Shown here: piece by piece, positions 61,951 through 64,000 of the stretch
Numbering within the stretch: position 1 is the first letter of the stretch
How the letters are laid out: each line of letters starts with the position of its first letter
Assembly: GCA_043760705.1 (NCBI GenBank)
Contig: JAYUOT010000001.1
Span: forward strand, 53,231-117,230
DNA length: 64,000 nt
DNA from: Betaproteobacteria bacterium
GTDB lineage: Bacteria; Pseudomonadota; Gammaproteobacteria; Burkholderiales; Burkholderiaceae_E
Direction of reading: 5' to 3'
Notes under the pieces: generated by a model
What the model saw: only the letters and a program-made list of their open reading frames with translations
Told to the model about the DNA's origin: nothing
Database searches by the model: none
Translations under genes and position numbers: made by a program

Positions 61951-64000
61951 ATGTTGGTTGCGTCAGTAATAAGAAGATTGCTTAGTCGGTTGAACGCACG
62001 CTCGCTTGCGGGCACCTGCGGACTCGTCCTCGTCTTGTTCACCTTGCTCTCGCCTTGGCAGCATGCCGAGGCGGTCTACATTAACCGCTACACCACGACC
62101 ACCAATGGCGCCATTACCTTCGTTGGAAACACTCTGGGTTTGGATGGTAGTGCGATTGCAGGGGTGCCGGGGAACCAGGGGTCGATTGGCGCATTCACGA
62201 GCACCAATACGGCGCTGACCTTCGGTAGCTATCCGGCGGGGACCACCAACGATTGGACCAAGAATGGGTCGACTGCTTCCTTGGCAGTGCCGCCGGGTAG
62301 CACAATTCTCTATGCGGAGCTCATCTGGGGGGGCAGCTACTCCTATGGTGGCGAAGATGTCTCCGCCTCGATTAATAATTCCATCACCTTCAAAACCCCA
62401 GGGGGTAATTACACGGTGGCACCCACTGCGGCCACCGCGCAAACCTTGGGCACACCGATTGTTGGAGGCACTTGTACCGCCAATACTTACTGCCGTTACG
62501 TGCGCTCGGCCAACGTCACTGGCCTGGTGCAAATTGGTCAGTCGGGCACCTACGAAGTCGGCGGTGTACCAGCCACTATCGCTATTGAGCCGAACTATAA
62601 TGGCGCGGGTTGGACGCTTGCCGTTGTGTATAGCAATCCCACCATGCCGCCGCGCAATCTCACGGTATTTGTCGGCGCTGAGGTGGGCGGTGCGGCCCCG
62701 ACCGGGGTGAGCGGATTTTGTACGAACCTGTCAGGCCCGGTGAAAGGCCGACTTCTTGTCAGCGCGCAGGAAGGCGACGCCTTCATTGCCGGAGATACGA
62801 TGCGTTTTGGCCCGAACGTCGGCTCAATGACGACTTTGTCTGGTCCCAATAACCCCGTCGGTAACTTTTTCGGCGGGCAAATCAATGGCGATACCGGTGC
62901 GCTCAATTTGGGCGGAACCTTCGGGGGTAGTAACCACAATATTACGACCAGCACGGGTGTCGTTGGCGCGCGCCAAGGTTTTGATATTACGAATGTGGAT
63001 ATCTCATCGTCGCTGCTCAATAGTCAAACAGCAGCGGTCGCGCAGGGCACCACCACTCAAGATCAATACATCATCAATGCGCTTGGCATTCAAATTGATG
63101 TGGGCTCTCCAAAGTTCCCGCTCACGGTGAAGACTGCCAACCGAACGGTGACCTATGTTGGCGACATTGTTACTTATAGTATTAACCTGGACAACACAGC
63201 GGGCACCGCAAATGCCACTAATGTGTTCTTCACCGATACACCTCCGCCAGGGATGAGTTTCATCCCTGGCTCGGTGATCTTCAACGGTACTTCGCAGCCG
63301 AGTTTCAATCCTGTTGCAGGTTTTTCCCTGGGAACGATTAATACGGGTGCCATTGGCACCGTGAGTTTTCAAGTTCAGGTCAATACGATTCCCGCAGCGC
63401 CCGCGCCCGCCCAGTATGCGAACAAAGCGAAATGGACCTTCGATTTCGTCAGTTGCGCAGGCTTTGCACCCGAGGCAGGAGTGGTGGAGACCAATGCCAA
63501 CATTATTACGGCCATTCGTATCGAGCCCGCCAAGACAGTCTCGCCGACCGGGCCAGTCGGTGTTGGGCAGACCTTGACTTATACGATTACCGTACCGAAT
63601 ACCGGTGCCGCCAACTCCTCCGGTACAACTCTCACCGATCTCATTCCTACGGGAACTAGTTATATCGCAGGCACTACCACTCTGAATGGCGTCAGCGTTC
63701 CCGATGTTGCGGGGAGCATGCCCTATGCGGCGGGCGCCTTAATCAATTCACCTTCGGTTGCAGCCGGAGTTATTGCTGCCGGTGCCAACGCGCTCATTCG
63801 ATTCCAAGTGCTCGTCAATCCCAGCCCTCCTGCCATCATTACAAACACCGCAGCGATTGATCCGGATGGCAGCGCTGGCCCTGCCTTGCCGATGAATGTG
63901 GCGGCGGTGAATACGCCACTTGCGCCGCCGGTCGCGGCGAAGTCGTTTAGTCCCTCAACAATTACCGCCAACACACCCTCAACCTTAACCATTCAAGTGA
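61951..64000 (+). CDS. Large secreted DUF11-repeat protein (3' end outside the window)
   Basis: It is absent from the ORF track only because no stop is reached. My translation from the ATG at 61951 stays open to base 64000. Signal-like LVLVLFTLLSPWQHAEA, and DUF11 patterns (VGDIVTYSINLDNTAGTANATNVFFTDTPPPGMSFIPGS; LTYTITVPNTGAANSSGTTLTDLIPTGTSYIAG). Confidence 0.7.
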   Translation, partial: MLVASVIRRLLSRLNARSLAGTCGLVLVLFTLLSPWQHAEAVYINRYTTTTNGAITFVGNTLGLDGSAIAGVPGNQGSIGAFTSTNTALTFGSYPAGTTNDWTKNGSTASLAVPPGSTILYAELIWGGSYSYGGEDVSASINNSITFKTPGGNYTVAPTAATAQTLGTPIVGGTCTANTYCRYVRSANVTGLVQIGQSGTYEVGGVPATIAIEPNYNGAGWTLAVVYSNPTMPPRNLTVFVGAEVGGAAPTGVSGFCTNLSGPVKGRLLVSAQEGDAFIAGDTMRFGPNVGSMTTLSGPNNPVGNFFGGQINGDTGALNLGGTFGGSNHNITTSTGVVGARQGFDITNVDISSSLLNSQTAAVAQGTTTQDQYIINALGIQIDVGSPKFPLTVKTANRTVTYVGDIVTYSINLDNTAGTANATNVFFTDTPPPGMSFIPGSVIFNGTSQPSFNPVAGFSLGTINTGAIGTVSFQVQVNTIPAAPAPAQYANKAKWTFDFVSCAGFAPEAGVVETNANIITAIRIEPAKTVSPTGPVGVGQTLTYTITVPNTGAANSSGTTLTDLIPTGTSYIAGTTTLNGVSVPDVAGSMPYAAGALINSPSVAAGVIAAGANALIRFQVLVNPSPPAIITNTAAIDPDGSAGPALPMNVAAVNTPLAPPVAAKSFSPSTITANTPSTLTIQV

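Noticed and set aside
61963-62532. 189-aa minus-strand ORF, and plus-strand frame-2 ORFs at 62006-62218 and 62264-62710
   Set aside because: Frame 1 of the plus strand is open from 61951 to the window end and encodes DUF11-type repeats. The listed ORFs are shadows of that unlisted, stop-less gene.

Overview
This 64-kb window looks like core chromosome from a moderately high-GC Gram-negative, probably a betaproteobacterium of the Burkholderiales. The clues are a Bug/TctC-type binding protein, the thiO-thiS-thiG-thiE order and the hemA-prfA-prmC order. I recognise about 55 protein genes and no rRNA, tRNA, CRISPR array, IS element or prophage.

Layout, left to right:
1. A PQQ alcohol dehydrogenase with its c-type cytochrome.
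2. An acyl-CoA catabolic cluster: Bug binding protein, family III CoA-transferase, two overlapping acyl-CoA dehydrogenases, a P450 and an enoyl-CoA hydratase.
3. Two SDRs and a decaying signalling locus. A REC-EAL gene is broken by a 20-bp tandem duplication, and a truncated REC-Hpt fragment sits next to it.
4. A thiamine locus.
5. A Liv-type ABC importer flanked by two acyl-CoA/aryl-CoA ligases and a Crp/Fnr regulator.
6. A DUF2330-like protein paired with an RnfD/NqrB-like membrane protein.
7. ilvA.
8. An OmpR-type regulator, a LysM/FecR protein and a CHASE2 histidine kinase.
9. hemA-prfA-prmC.
10. A cluster of large DUF11-repeat surface proteins around a 2202-aa protein with a very large C-terminal beta-barrel and an OmpA-like lipoprotein.

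The most interesting signal is in the thiamine locus. A hand-recognisable TPP (THI-box) riboswitch at about 17161-17246 precedes a six-gene, translationally coupled operon. The operon encodes a LuxE-like acyl-protein synthetase, a LuxC-like acyl reductase, a ThiZXY-type (NitT/TauT, NMT1/THI5-like) ABC importer and an SDR. It lies next to thiD and thiOSGE. I read it as a candidate, apparently undescribed, reductive salvage route (carboxylic acid to aldehyde to alcohol) for a thiamine precursor.

All calls come from reading the sequence and ORF translations. No database searches were run.
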